Source of the DNA: Polyangiaceae bacterium
Lineage (GTDB): Bacteria; Myxococcota_A; Polyangia; Polyangiales; Polyangiaceae
DNA: 64,000 bases
Direction: 5' to 3'
Assembly (NCBI GenBank): GCA_044222475.1
Contig: JBGANF010000007.1
Location: 1 to 64,000, forward strand
Part shown: positions 27,398-37,478 of the stretch, piece after piece
Position numbering within the stretch: the first letter of the stretch is position 1
Layout of the letters: each line of letters starts with the position of its first letter
Notes under the pieces: model-generated
The model's database searches: none
Told to the model about the DNA's origin: nothing
The model's input: the letters and a program-made list of their open reading frames with translations, nothing else
Translations under genes and position numbers: made by a program

Positions 27398-28669
27398 GTG
27401 GGACGCACCAAGAGGAGCGATCGACGGATACGGTGGGCGGTCGGCCTCGTGCTCGCGGGGTGCACCCCGGCGCAGACGCCAGCGGCACCCGAGCCCGACA
27501 CCGACGCGGCGCCGCTACCGCAAGCCACGGCGAGCGCGCCGGAGGCATCCGTGACCGCCGTCGCCGCGAGCACGGACGCGTCGGCGACGCTCGAGGGCGC
27601 CGCCGCGACGCCCGTGGCCGCCGTCATGGCTCGGGTCGACGCTGGGCCGCCGATCGACGCGCGCGCGCTCTGCGAGGCGTACGTCAAGAAGGCGTCGGCC
27701 GACCCGAAAGGCCCCAAGACGCGGGTGCCGCCACCCGGCGAGCGACCCGTTCCTCACGACCGACTGGGCAACGCCGGTGACGTCGATGCCCACGCCCAAG
27801 GGAGCGCAACCGGCGACGTGGCGGTCTGTCGAATCGTGTGGGAGCGGACGCCGGTGACGCGGTCGGTGATGGTGGCCCCCCGCTGCTGCCCGCCGATCGT
27901 GACCCCGTGTCCGCCGGCGTCGCCGTATCCCGTGCACGGCGAGCGAACCAAGGTGGAGACCGCGCTCGTGCAACCCGACGGCAAGGTCACCTCGAGCACC
28001 TTGGCATACGAAGCCTGGGTCGCCGAGCCGCCCGCGCAACCGTACTGCGGCAGACGACCGGAGGGCTTTTCGGCCGGCGGGAGCGACCGCGCGTCGATCG
28101 GCGGAGCGCTCGCCGAAATGGCGGTCCTCGAAGCTGCTTCGGTCCACGCGTTCGCGCGCCTCGCCGAAGAGCTCGAGCACCTCGGCGCTCCCCGACCTCT
28201 GGTCGCGCGCGTGCGCGCTGCGCAACGCGACGAGGTCCGTCACGCACGCGCGGCGTCGAGCTTGGCGCGTCGGCACGGAGCGACGCCACGTCTTCCCCCG
28301 CGCCGCCGTTGGGCTCGACGATCGCGCGTCGCGATCGCGATCGAGAACGCGGTCGAGGGTCAGGTGTACGAGACGTACGGCGCCGCCGCCGCGACGCTCC
28401 AAGCTGCACGCGCGGTCGAAGCCACGACGCGCGAGCTGTTCGGAGGCATCGCGCGCGACGAACGAGCCCACGCGGCCCTCGCCGCCGACGTCGGTGAGTG
28501 GCTCGGCCGTGGCCTCACGCCCGACGAGCGCGCGCAGGTTCGCCGCGCGAAGCGCGCGGCGATCGCGCGACTGGAGCGTGGCCTCGCGACGGCCTGCGAC
28601 GACCGCGATCCGCTGGGCATGCCGAGAGGCGACGACGCTCGCCTCCTCGCCGCGCTCGTCTTCGCGTAG
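27398..28669 (+). CDS. Ferritin-like domain lipoprotein
   Basis: Lipobox LAGC; CGRRPEG; EAASV.AF, DEVRH, ENAVEG, DERAH diiron-type motifs. Confidence 0.85.
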   Translation: MGRTKRSDRRIRWAVGLVLAGCTPAQTPAAPEPDTDAAPLPQATASAPEASVTAVAASTDASATLEGAAATPVAAVMARVDAGPPIDARALCEAYVKKASADPKGPKTRVPPPGERPVPHDRLGNAGDVDAHAQGSATGDVAVCRIVWERTPVTRSVMVAPRCCPPIVTPCPPASPYPVHGERTKVETALVQPDGKVTSSTLAYEAWVAEPPAQPYCGRRPEGFSAGGSDRASIGGALAEMAVLEAASVHAFARLAEELEHLGAPRPLVARVRAAQRDEVRHARAASSLARRHGATPRLPPRRRWARRSRVAIAIENAVEGQVYETYGAAAATLQAARAVEATTRELFGGIARDERAHAALAADVGEWLGRGLTPDERAQVRRAKRAAIARLERGLATACDDRDPLGMPRGDDARLLAALVFA

Positions 28670-28676
28670 CCGCGAC

Positions 28677-29930
28677 TCAGCGCTCGAGGGTGGCGACCGG
28701 CAGGAGGATGTCGAACGTGGTGCCCTCGCCGACGACGCTCCGTACCGAGATCGTGCCCGAGTGCGCGGCGAGGATGTCCCGCACGATCGCGAGGCCGAGG
28801 CCGCTCCCCTTCTTCTCGCCCTTGGTCGTGAAGAACGGCTCGAAGATGCGCGTGAGGTTGTCGGCCGAGATCCCTCCGCCGGTGTCGCGAAAGCTGACCC
28901 GTACCTGCGTGTCTCCGTCGGCGAGATCGGTCGAGATGGTGATGCTTCCGCCGCCGTCGGGCATCGAGTGGCACGCGTTGACGATGAGGTTGACGAAGAC
29001 CTGCGCGAGCTGGGTCGGCAGTCCGCGCACCGGAAGGACGCCGTCGCCGAACTCTCGCTCCACGGTCACCTTGTACTCGGCGAGCTCGTGCTCGCAGAAC
29101 ACGAGCGCTTGATCGACGATGCTGCTGACGACGACCGGGTGTGCCGACTCCGCTGGGCGTGCATAGGCGACGAGATCGCGGGACAGGTGGAGCACGCGCT
29201 TAGCCGACTCGGCGATGCGGCGCAGCCGCTCGACGTCGTCTTCGTCGCCGCGAGCGTTGGCGCGCTTGGTGAGGAAGTCGGTGTACGCCACGATCGACGT
29301 GAGCGGATTGTTCAGGTCGTGAGCGATGCCGGCGGCCATCTGCCCGAGCGACGCGAGCTTCTCCGACTGGATCACCTGTGACACGCGCTCGTCGACCGCG
29401 CGCTGAAGCGCTTCGCGCTCGGCCTGGACGCGCGCATGACCGCGCGCCGCGCGGAGGAGGAAGCCGGCGCGGTGGAGGAGCTGCAGCGGCGCGTAGAGGT
29501 CGCTCTCGACCGCGGGGTCGTCCGCGGCGAGGTGGAGCGAGACGCCGTCGCCGTCGGGAAGCATGAGTACGCGTTCGAACGCGAACGCGGGGAACAGCCG
29601 CTCGCCGTCGGGTGGCGCACCCTTGCTGCCGACCGCGCCGACGCGCACCGGGACCTCGGTTCCTTGGACCACGATGCGCACGCCGACTCCGTGGCCGGGA
29701 ACGCTCGCGAGGACGGCTTCGAGGAGCGCGTAGGTGACGGCCTCTTCACCCTGATCGACCGGAAGATCGCCGAACGCGGCGAGCAAGCGATCGAGCCATC
29801 GGCTCGGTAGCTCGACGAGCTGGATGCTCCGACTCGCGGAGACGGCTTCTTCCGACAGGTGTACGTCCGACGTGCGGACTTCGGGCTGCGAGCTCGAGTG
29901 TTGGGGCATGGGATCTTTCTCCCTCGGCAT
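28677..29930 (-). CDS. Cytoplasmic sensor histidine kinase
   Basis: EKLASLGQMAAGIAHDLNNPL, NLIVNA, DTGGGI, FEPFFTTK, GSGLGL; alternative start 29909. Confidence 0.93.
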   Translation of the reverse strand: MPREKDPMPQHSSSQPEVRTSDVHLSEEAVSASRSIQLVELPSRWLDRLLAAFGDLPVDQGEEAVTYALLEAVLASVPGHGVGVRIVVQGTEVPVRVGAVGSKGAPPDGERLFPAFAFERVLMLPDGDGVSLHLAADDPAVESDLYAPLQLLHRAGFLLRAARGHARVQAEREALQRAVDERVSQVIQSEKLASLGQMAAGIAHDLNNPLTSIVAYTDFLTKRANARGDEDDVERLRRIAESAKRVLHLSRDLVAYARPAESAHPVVVSSIVDQALVFCEHELAEYKVTVEREFGDGVLPVRGLPTQLAQVFVNLIVNACHSMPDGGGSITISTDLADGDTQVRVSFRDTGGGISADNLTRIFEPFFTTKGEKKGSGLGLAIVRDILAAHSGTISVRSVVGEGTTFDILLPVATLER

Positions 29931-29936
29931 CGCGAA

Positions 29937-31940
29937 TCACCCGCCGCTCGGCGGGTGCCCCCCTTCTTCGCTTGCCTTGTCGAGGTCGAGGATTTTCGCC
30001 TGACCGACGTAGCTCTTGGTCTCGTACTTGGTGATCGTCCCGATCTTCCGCACGATCTCCGCCATGCGCTCGCTCTCGGTTCGGACGACCTCGGCGATGC
30101 CGTGGAGCGGCGAGTCCTTGTCCGTCTTGCGCAGCAGGAGCTCGGCCGACATCGCCACGCTCGTGAGCGGCTGGTTCAGCTCGTGCGCGGCGGCACCCGC
30201 CAGCTCGGCGATGACCGCCTGACGCTCCTGTTGGAGCAGCTGTTCCTGCGCCTGCTGGAGCTTCTGCTCCATCCGCATCTTCTCGCGCAGGTCGGTGAAG
30301 ATGCCGACCGATCCGATGGGCTTGTCGCCCTCGTAGAGGAGCGACGCGCTGAGCAGCACGGGGACGACCTCGCCGCTCGCGGCGACGATCTCGGTCTTGA
30401 CGCCTTCGATCCGTCCCTTGCCCTCGTGGATCTGGCGCATGATCTTGCGCGCGCCCCCGTCCGGGTAGAGCCCCCGCACGTCGCCGCCGAGGACCTCGCT
30501 CGCGGGGAGGCCGTACACGCGCTCCGCCGCGCGGTTGAACAGGAGGATCGAGCCCTTCATGTCGGCGCTGATGATCGCGTCGACCGACGAGTCGATGACG
30601 CGCTCGAGGAAGCTCTTCGTCTGCCGGAGCTCGTTCTCGACCGCGCGCTCCGCGGTGACGTCTCGGAACGTGCAGAGCAGGACGCCCTCCTCGCGGAGGA
30701 CGGAGCCGAAGCTCAGCGAAAGGATGATCTCGCGCCCCTCTTTGTGCGCCACTCGCACGTCCAGTCCGCGCGGGAACTCACCCTTGGCGAATCCGACGCG
30801 TAGCTCGTGAGCGACGTGAGCGTCGCTCGGGGCGAAGATGTCGCCGAGGCGGCGGCCGCGCAGATCCTCCTCCACGTAGCCGGTGATCTCGCGCGCCTTG
30901 GGGTTCGAGAACAACAGGTGGCCGTCGGCGTCGAGCACGACGGTGCCGTCGGCCGAGCTCTCGAAGAAATCGGCGTACCGCTGGAGCGATCGCAAGCGAC
31001 GCTCCGCTTCGAAACGCGCGACCGTGACCTGCTGCGTCTGATCGCGGAGCGACTGCAGCACGCGCGCGTTGCGGAGCGCGATCGCCATCGCGTTGGAGAC
31101 GGTGCGACAGAGGCCGAGCTCGCGGTCGCCGAACGCGACGGTGTGCTTCGCGCGGAGGAAGAGCACGCCCATCGGGCGGTCTTCGTAGAGGATCGGAACG
31201 ATCGCGAGCGAGGTGTAGGCCGCGGCCTTCTGCTCGGCGCGGACGATCTCGAGCAGCGGATGAGTCGCGGCGTCTTTGATGATCAGCGCCTCGCCGCTGA
31301 GGAGCACTTGCTGGATCTCGGGGTACTTCGCGAGTGCGATCGGCAGGTCGCGCAGCTCTTTGTCGTCGCTCGCGGCGACGACGTAGCCGACGTCACCCTC
31401 CTCGCGCACGAGGACGATGGACGCACGGTCGACCCGGGCGACCTCGGCGATGCGTCGCACGACCGTGAAGAGGATGCTCCGGAACTCGAGGTTCGACGCG
31501 AGAGCCTGGGTGAGCTCGAGGACGATCTTCGCGTCGCGCTCCTTGCTCTCGAGCTCGTCCATCGCTCCTCGGAGACGCAGCTGACCGCGAATGCGGGCGA
31601 CCAGCTCCACCGGGCGAAACGGCTTGCGAACGAAGTCGTCCGCTCCGGACTCGAACGCGCGGGCGACCTCGCTGTCGGCGTCGACGGCGGTGAGGACGAC
31701 CACGGGTACGTCGTGGGTCTCGGGGCGAGAGCGCAGGATACGCAGCACCTGATACCCGTCGGGCGCGGGCATCACGAGATCGAGGAGAACCAGCGATGGC
31801 TTGACCTGATCGATCTTCGCGAGCGCCTCGCTGCCCGAGCCGACCGCGACGTACGGAAGATCCGCGGTGGCCAACGCCTGACACAGGACGTGACGGCTCA
31901 CGGCATCGTCGTCGACTACGAGGACCGGACCTTGGGCCAC
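29937..31940 (-). CDS. REC-GAF-PAS-PAS-HisKA signalling protein lacking an ATPase domain
   Basis: VLVVDDD...LLDLVMP...KPF receiver; GAF; two PAS; AAAHELNQPL H-box, then the protein ends. Confidence 0.9.
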   Translation of the reverse strand: MAQGPVLVVDDDAVSRHVLCQALATADLPYVAVGSGSEALAKIDQVKPSLVLLDLVMPAPDGYQVLRILRSRPETHDVPVVVLTAVDADSEVARAFESGADDFVRKPFRPVELVARIRGQLRLRGAMDELESKERDAKIVLELTQALASNLEFRSILFTVVRRIAEVARVDRASIVLVREEGDVGYVVAASDDKELRDLPIALAKYPEIQQVLLSGEALIIKDAATHPLLEIVRAEQKAAAYTSLAIVPILYEDRPMGVLFLRAKHTVAFGDRELGLCRTVSNAMAIALRNARVLQSLRDQTQQVTVARFEAERRLRSLQRYADFFESSADGTVVLDADGHLLFSNPKAREITGYVEEDLRGRRLGDIFAPSDAHVAHELRVGFAKGEFPRGLDVRVAHKEGREIILSLSFGSVLREEGVLLCTFRDVTAERAVENELRQTKSFLERVIDSSVDAIISADMKGSILLFNRAAERVYGLPASEVLGGDVRGLYPDGGARKIMRQIHEGKGRIEGVKTEIVAASGEVVPVLLSASLLYEGDKPIGSVGIFTDLREKMRMEQKLQQAQEQLLQQERQAVIAELAGAAAHELNQPLTSVAMSAELLLRKTDKDSPLHGIAEVVRTESERMAEIVRKIGTITKYETKSYVGQAKILDLDKASEEGGHPPSGG

Positions 31941-31968
31941 GATCGAAGTCTACGCCGAATTCCGTGCA

Positions 31969-33117
31969 TTATCCCGGCTTTTTCGGCCTCACGTCGCCGA
32001 AGAGCTCCGCCTGAGAGCCGGCGATTTCCGCCATTTCCGCCATTTCCTCGCGTCGCGCCGCGAGACTCGCCGAAAGCTTCCTGCCCAGGTGCTCGTACGC
32101 CTTGCGCGTCGCGATCCGCCCCCGCGGCGTGCGGCCGAGGAACCCCTGCTGCAGCAGGAACGGCTCGTAGACGTCTTCGATCGTGTCGCGCGGCTCGCCG
32201 AGCGCCGCGGCGAGCGTCTCGACGCCGACCGGACCGCCGTCGTAGTCGTCGATGATGACGCGGAGGAGGCGTCGATCCATCTCGTCGAAGCCGGCGTCGT
32301 CGATCTCGAGGCGCGAGGCCGCGAGGCGGACCGTCTCCCCGTCGACCTTGCCCGAGCGAAGAACGTCGGCGAAGTCGCGCACGCGCCGGAGCAGGCGGTT
32401 CGCGACGCGCGGCGTGCCGCGACTGCGCTTGGCGATCTCGTGCGCGGCCACGTCGTCGATCGTCATCTCCAGGAGCGCCGCGCTGCGGAGCACGATGCGC
32501 GCGAGATCTTCGATGGGGTAGAAGTCGAGCCGCAGCACGTGGCCGAAGCGCGAGAACAGCGGCGCGGTGAGGAGACCGGTGCGGGTCGTCGCTCCAACGA
32601 GGGTGAAGGGGCGAATGTCGATCTGGATCGACGTCGCGAACGCGCCCTCACCGGTCATCACGTCGATCCGGTAGTCCTCCATCGCCGGGTACAGGCTCTC
32701 TTCGACGATCGGGTTGAGGCGGTGGATCTCGTCGATGAAGAGGATGTCGTTGTCTCCGAGCTTCGTCAGGAGACCCGCGAGCGCCCCTTTGTGCTCGACG
32801 ACCGGGCCATTGGTCATGTGGAGCGCGACGCCCATCTCGTGGGCGAGGATCTGAGCGAGCGTCGTCTTTCCGAGGCCGGGTGGACCGCAGAGCAGCATGT
32901 GATCGAGGGGCTCCCTGCGCCGTCGCGCCGCCTCGACGAAGACCATGAGGTTCTCCTTGTGCTTCGTCTGCCCGATGTAGTCGGTGAACGACTTGGGCCG
33001 CAGGCTCTTGTCGTAGCGCGCATCGTCACCGTGGACCGCCCCGTCGGTGGCGCGCGGGGTCGCCATGGCGTCGCGCTCCGCGCTCCCGCTATCTGCTCTC
33101 GTCCGACCTTTGGCCAT
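31969..33117 (-). CDS. ruvB: Holliday junction branch-migration helicase RuvB
   Basis: LRP...[46 protein letters not shown]...RTPRGR. Confidence 0.97.
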   Translation of the reverse strand: MAKGRTRADSGSAERDAMATPRATDGAVHGDDARYDKSLRPKSFTDYIGQTKHKENLMVFVEAARRRREPLDHMLLCGPPGLGKTTLAQILAHEMGVALHMTNGPVVEHKGALAGLLTKLGDNDILFIDEIHRLNPIVEESLYPAMEDYRIDVMTGEGAFATSIQIDIRPFTLVGATTRTGLLTAPLFSRFGHVLRLDFYPIEDLARIVLRSAALLEMTIDDVAAHEIAKRSRGTPRVANRLLRRVRDFADVLRSGKVDGETVRLAASRLEIDDAGFDEMDRRLLRVIIDDYDGGPVGVETLAAALGEPRDTIEDVYEPFLLQQGFLGRTPRGRIATRKAYEHLGRKLSASLAARREEMAEMAEIAGSQAELFGDVRPKKPG

Positions 33118-33230
33118 CGCCGCGGAGCCTAGTCCGTGAGCGGGCGACAGGAAAGCGTTGGAAAGTGTGGCGGTGCGCGGCGATCCGGGCGACCATGGCG
33201 GGCGTAGAGGGGTGAGGAGGGTACCTTTCG

Positions 33231-34019
33231 GTGGCGAAGATGAAGATCGTCCAACGAGATGCGGCAGAGCTTTCGGGTACCCCGAAGCGCTTCCGCTATT
33301 TCGAGATCTTCTGTCTGGTCTCGTTCCCGTTCGCGACGGCGCTGCTCGCTCGCAGCGCGTACCGCACCGTGCTCGAGGCGCCGCTGATGATCCCGCTCGT
33401 GCTCCTCGCCGGCTACCTGGCGGCGGATTTCATCTCGGGGTTCGTCCATTGGACCTTCGACACCTGGTGGAGCCCCGACACGCCACTCATCGGGCGCACG
33501 CTCGTGAGGACGTTCCGCGAGCACCACGTCGATCAGACCGCGATCACCCGCCACGACTTCATCGAGACGAACGGCTCGAACGCGTTCGCCGCGCTCACGC
33601 TCGTGGGCATGGGCTTCGCCGTTCGCGGCGAAGAGACGTCGCTGTTCGGCGCGTTCATGGCGGGCTCCCTCTTCATCGCCTCGCTCTTCACCTCCGTGAC
33701 GAGCCAGATCCACAAGTGGGCCCACATGGCGCGGCCGCCGGCGCTGATTCGCATGCTGCAGCGACTGCGGCTGATCATCACGAAGGAAGCTCACTCGAGC
33801 CACCACGCGCCGCCCTACGCCAAGTCGTACTGCATCACCTGCGGATGGATGAACCCGACGCTGAACTTCCTCCACTTCTTCCCGATGCTCGAGCGGATCA
33901 TCTCCTGGGTGACCGGCGCGATCCCCCGCAAGGACGACATCGGCGTGGAGGCTGCGCTCGCCCTCACCGAGGAAGAGAAGGCGAAGGAAGCGGCGCGCAT
34001 CACCGAAGAAGCGCCGTAG
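33231..34019 (+). CDS. carF: CarF/TMEM189 (PEDS1)-family plasmanylethanolamine desaturase
   Basis: [49 protein letters not shown] His-rich signature. Confidence 0.9.
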   Translation: MAKMKIVQRDAAELSGTPKRFRYFEIFCLVSFPFATALLARSAYRTVLEAPLMIPLVLLAGYLAADFISGFVHWTFDTWWSPDTPLIGRTLVRTFREHHVDQTAITRHDFIETNGSNAFAALTLVGMGFAVRGEETSLFGAFMAGSLFIASLFTSVTSQIHKWAHMARPPALIRMLQRLRLIITKEAHSSHHAPPYAKSYCITCGWMNPTLNFLHFFPMLERIISWVTGAIPRKDDIGVEAALALTEEEKAKEAARITEEAP

Positions 34020-34028
34020 CGCTCTCGG

Positions 34029-35330
34029 TCATTCGACGACGCAGACCGCGACGCTCACGTTGTCGTGGGCACCGCGGAGGAGCGTCTCGTGGACGAGCGC
34101 GCGCGCGAGGGCCACCGCGTCGTTGCGATGCGGCGCGACCAGCACGCCGAGCTCCTCCGCCGAGGGCGCGTAGCTCCAGAGTCCGTCGGAGCAGAGGACC
34201 ACGACGTCCCCCGAGTCGACGGTCGTGAGCGCGACCTCGATCGCGAGCGGTGGCTCGCCGGGATCGCTCGGCCCCACGTAGCGAGTCAGCGCGAGCGCGA
34301 GCGGCTGGGCGAACGCCTCCTCGAACGCGACCGCTCCCGTGTCGAGCATCTCGTTGCCCCAAGAGTGGTCGCGGGTGAGCAGCCGCCCGTTGCCGGTGCC
34401 GATCACGTACGCCCTGCTGTCCCCCGCCCACGCGACCGCCAGCGATCGGCCCTCCAGGATCGCCGCGACGATCGTCGTACCGGGGGCTTCACCCGGCATC
34501 TTCTCGTCGACGGCGCGCATGACGGCATCCTGCGCGCGGGCGATGGATTGTTCGACGAGCTCGCTGATCGGCGTGCCCGGCGGTGCGGCGCGAAAGAACT
34601 CGCTCACCGCGTCGACCGCGACGTTCGCAGCGAACGCGCCGTCGGCCGACGACGAGATGCCGTCGCAGAGCACCATCCCGAGGAAGCTCTCGCCGCCGCG
34701 CGTTCCCAACACGGCCGCGACGGCGTCGTCCTGTTTGTCGCGCCGGTATCCGAGGTGGAGGTACGTGGCGGCGTTCCGCCCGGCCGGCTGCGGACGGGCG
34801 GACGCCTCGGTCAAGCGGGCACGGAGCGCGGCCGCGTTCATCGGCGGCAGGCGCGGATCCGACACGAGCTCGACGACGGCGGTGGGCGCGCGATGGATCG
34901 CGGCGCCGGCGAGCGCTTCGCCGAGCGCGCGCAGCGGCCCCCGGACGTCGACCGCGTTCGTGGTGCGGTACACGCCGCGCGCGTGCAAGAGGCCGAGCCG
35001 ACCGTCTGGACCGATGGCGAAGTCTTCCGGCAGCGGCTGCCACGCAAGGCCGCTCGCATCGAAGCGCTCGGCCAGGGTGGCGAGCTCCAGCAGGAGGGCC
35101 TCGAGCGCCTCGGGAGAAAGCGAGGTCGCCTCCGTCATCACGCGACGTGCCGATGGCTCCTCCAAGAGCGCGAGCGAGGCCGGCGGCGGCGCCACGGGAA
35201 GCGTGGGTGCCAGAACGCGCTCGGGGACGAGCTTCTCCCCGTCCACCTCGCAGAACGCGGTCGACGCGGCATCGTCACCGGTGGCTTCGTAGAGCCGGTC
35301 GCAAACCGGACAGCGCATCAAGGTAACCAT
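34029..35330 (-). CDS. PP2C-type Ser/Thr phosphatase with N-terminal CxxC and kinase-like segment
   Basis: R..QDD, CDGIS, GTT, AWAGDSRAY, LTRDHSW, LCSDGLW, GAHDNVSV. Confidence 0.9.
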   Translation of the reverse strand: MVTLMRCPVCDRLYEATGDDAASTAFCEVDGEKLVPERVLAPTLPVAPPPASLALLEEPSARRVMTEATSLSPEALEALLLELATLAERFDASGLAWQPLPEDFAIGPDGRLGLLHARGVYRTTNAVDVRGPLRALGEALAGAAIHRAPTAVVELVSDPRLPPMNAAALRARLTEASARPQPAGRNAATYLHLGYRRDKQDDAVAAVLGTRGGESFLGMVLCDGISSSADGAFAANVAVDAVSEFFRAAPPGTPISELVEQSIARAQDAVMRAVDEKMPGEAPGTTIVAAILEGRSLAVAWAGDSRAYVIGTGNGRLLTRDHSWGNEMLDTGAVAFEEAFAQPLALALTRYVGPSDPGEPPLAIEVALTTVDSGDVVVLCSDGLWSYAPSAEELGVLVAPHRNDAVALARALVHETLLRGAHDNVSVAVCVVE

Positions 35331-35396
35331 TCAGCGTACACGAACTCCGCCGAAACCCGCTCGCTGATTGCGACGGGACGCGATACGATCTCGATC

Positions 35397-36689
35397 ATGG
35401 CCATGAAAGACCGCCACCTTCGTGCACTTCGCTTTGGCTCCGCCTCCGCCATCTCCTTCGCCGTCGCGGGAGCCCTCGCGGCCGCTTGCGCCAGCCAGAC
35501 GAACACGTTCCCCACCGGCGACGGCGGGACGGATTCGTCGCCGTTCGGTGACTCTGCCGGCAACCCCGACACGGGCATCCCTGCGTGCGCGAGCGGCGTC
35601 TACGAGGCCAAACAGGCACCCGCGGCGATGCTCGTCCTCCTCCAGCGCAGCGGCTCGATGTCGCAGAACAACAAGTGGGTCTTTGCGGCCCAGGCGATCG
35701 TGCAGGCGCTCGACGAGCCCGTCTTCGACACGATGACGCTCGCGCTCATGGCCGCGCCCAACAGCAAGGTGACTGGCCCGGCGTGCGTCTTCAACTTCCC
35801 GGTCGCGTGCGGCGTGCCCGCATTCCCGCAGGTCGACCTCGCGCTCGCGGGCCCGCAGAAGAGCACCGACACGAGCGGCGTTCGCAAGAGCATCAAGGTC
35901 TGGCTCGCGAACAACACGCCGGACCAGAGCTCCGGCGACGGCAACCCCCTCTACTCCGCGATGCAGGCCGGCATCGGCGCGCTCAAGGGGTGGCCGCAGA
36001 CCGGCAAGCGCATCCTCTTGGTCGTCACCGACGGCGGCATCAGCTGCACGTCTCTCAGCAACCGCGCCGGCTTCACCGACGGCAACGGGTGCCCCGACTG
36101 GGAGAACCCGAACAACATCATGACGCTGCTCAAGCAGGCGAACACCGACCCGACGAAGCCGGTCGACACGTTCATCGTCGGCGTCCCTGGTTCGGACAGC
36201 TTCGACAGCACCGCCGTGAACTTCCCGCCGTACCACATGCGCGCGGCCCTCAGCTCGATCGCCTACGCCGGCTCGCCGGCCAACGTCCCCGCGACGTGCA
36301 CCCACAAGGACCCGTTCGCGCAGGGCGATCCCGATCCGGCGATCAGCTGCCACTTCGACATGACGCAGAACAACTACTCCGCCCAAGCGGTCGCCGATGC
36401 GATCAGCGTCGCGCGCGGAAAGGTGCTCGGCTGCATCTTCGAGCTGCCCAAGGGCGACGGCGGCGTCCTCGACCCGACCAAGGTCAACGTCGACTACTCC
36501 GTCGGCGGCGGCCCGACGACCGGCCTCTACAAGCGCAAGGACTCCTCGAACGACTGCAAGACCGACGGCTGCTGGGACTACACCAGCGACGGCAAGGTCG
36601 AGCTCCAGGGCAAGGCCTGCGAAGACGTGAAGGGCAAGCCCAACGCCAAGGTGACGATCACCGTCGGCTGCGACACGCAGGTCAAATGA
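35397..36689 (+). CDS. vWA-domain Cys-rich lipoprotein (CglB-like)
   Basis: Lipobox AAAC; LLQRSGSM, LVVTDG, TFIVG; C-terminal CIFELP..DP.KVNV...GKAC..VK...GC.T. Confidence 0.8.
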   Translation: MAMKDRHLRALRFGSASAISFAVAGALAAACASQTNTFPTGDGGTDSSPFGDSAGNPDTGIPACASGVYEAKQAPAAMLVLLQRSGSMSQNNKWVFAAQAIVQALDEPVFDTMTLALMAAPNSKVTGPACVFNFPVACGVPAFPQVDLALAGPQKSTDTSGVRKSIKVWLANNTPDQSSGDGNPLYSAMQAGIGALKGWPQTGKRILLVVTDGGISCTSLSNRAGFTDGNGCPDWENPNNIMTLLKQANTDPTKPVDTFIVGVPGSDSFDSTAVNFPPYHMRAALSSIAYAGSPANVPATCTHKDPFAQGDPDPAISCHFDMTQNNYSAQAVADAISVARGKVLGCIFELPKGDGGVLDPTKVNVDYSVGGGPTTGLYKRKDSSNDCKTDGCWDYTSDGKVELQGKACEDVKGKPNAKVTITVGCDTQVK

Positions 36690-37458
36690 GCGTGACTTCG
36701 CCGGCGGAGACGCGCAGGCGCGCTCCGTCGTCGCGGTCGAGGAGAAGGCGGCCCTCGAGATCGATCCCGCGGGCGATGCCGGTGCCTTCTTCGAGCGTCA
36801 CGCGACGGCCGACGAGCGCGTCGGCGGCGGCGAGCCGCGCGTGGACGAGGCCGAGCCCGCGCGCGGCGACGTGAGCGAGATCGCGATCGAGACCGGCGAC
36901 GACGTCGACGAGGATGCGCGCGCGATCGGGCGGTGACGCTGCGTGCAGCGCGATGCTCGTCGCGCGCTCCGCGATCTCGGGCGGAAAGTCGCGGGTGTGC
37001 ACGTTGATGCCGATGCCCACGATGACGGCGTCGACCTTGGACCCCGCGAGCGTGGCCTCGACCAGTACGCCCGACACCTTGCGCTCGGCGATCCACACGT
37101 CGTTCGGCCACTTCACTTTGACGTCGGCCCCGGGCGCGGCGGAGGCGATCGCGTCGCGCACCGCGAGACCGCACACGAGAGAGAGCGGCGGAAGTCGCGT
37201 CGGCGGGCACGTCAACCGAAGCAGGACCGAGAACAAGAGATTCTCTCCGCGAGGCGAGACCCACGAACGGCCGAGTCGACCTCGCCCGCGCGTCTGCGCC
37301 TCGGCGACGAAGACCGTGCCGTGGGCCGCGCCGGCCTTCGCTGCGCGCTTCGCCTCGTCGTTGGTCGAGTCGATCTCGGAGAACAGGCGCACCTCGCGGC
37401 CCAGGTCGCCGCCACGCTCTCGTAGGAGCGAGCTCACCGCTTCGAGGTCTTCGTTCAC
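36682..37458 (-). CDS. birA: Biotin--[acetyl-CoA-carboxylase] ligase (no HTH)
   Basis: IDSTN, AEAQTRGRGRLGRSW.S, KWPND, GIGIN; alternative GTG start 37482. Confidence 0.93.
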   Translation of the reverse strand: MNEDLEAVSSLLRERGGDLGREVRLFSEIDSTNDEAKRAAKAGAAHGTVFVAEAQTRGRGRLGRSWVSPRGENLLFSVLLRLTCPPTRLPPLSLVCGLAVRDAIASAAPGADVKVKWPNDVWIAERKVSGVLVEATLAGSKVDAVIVGIGINVHTRDFPPEIAERATSIALHAASPPDRARILVDVVAGLDRDLAHVAARGLGLVHARLAAADALVGRRVTLEEGTGIARGIDLEGRLLLDRDDGARLRVSAGEVTLI

Positions 37459-37478
37459 GCCCCGCGTCCGCCCGGGGA

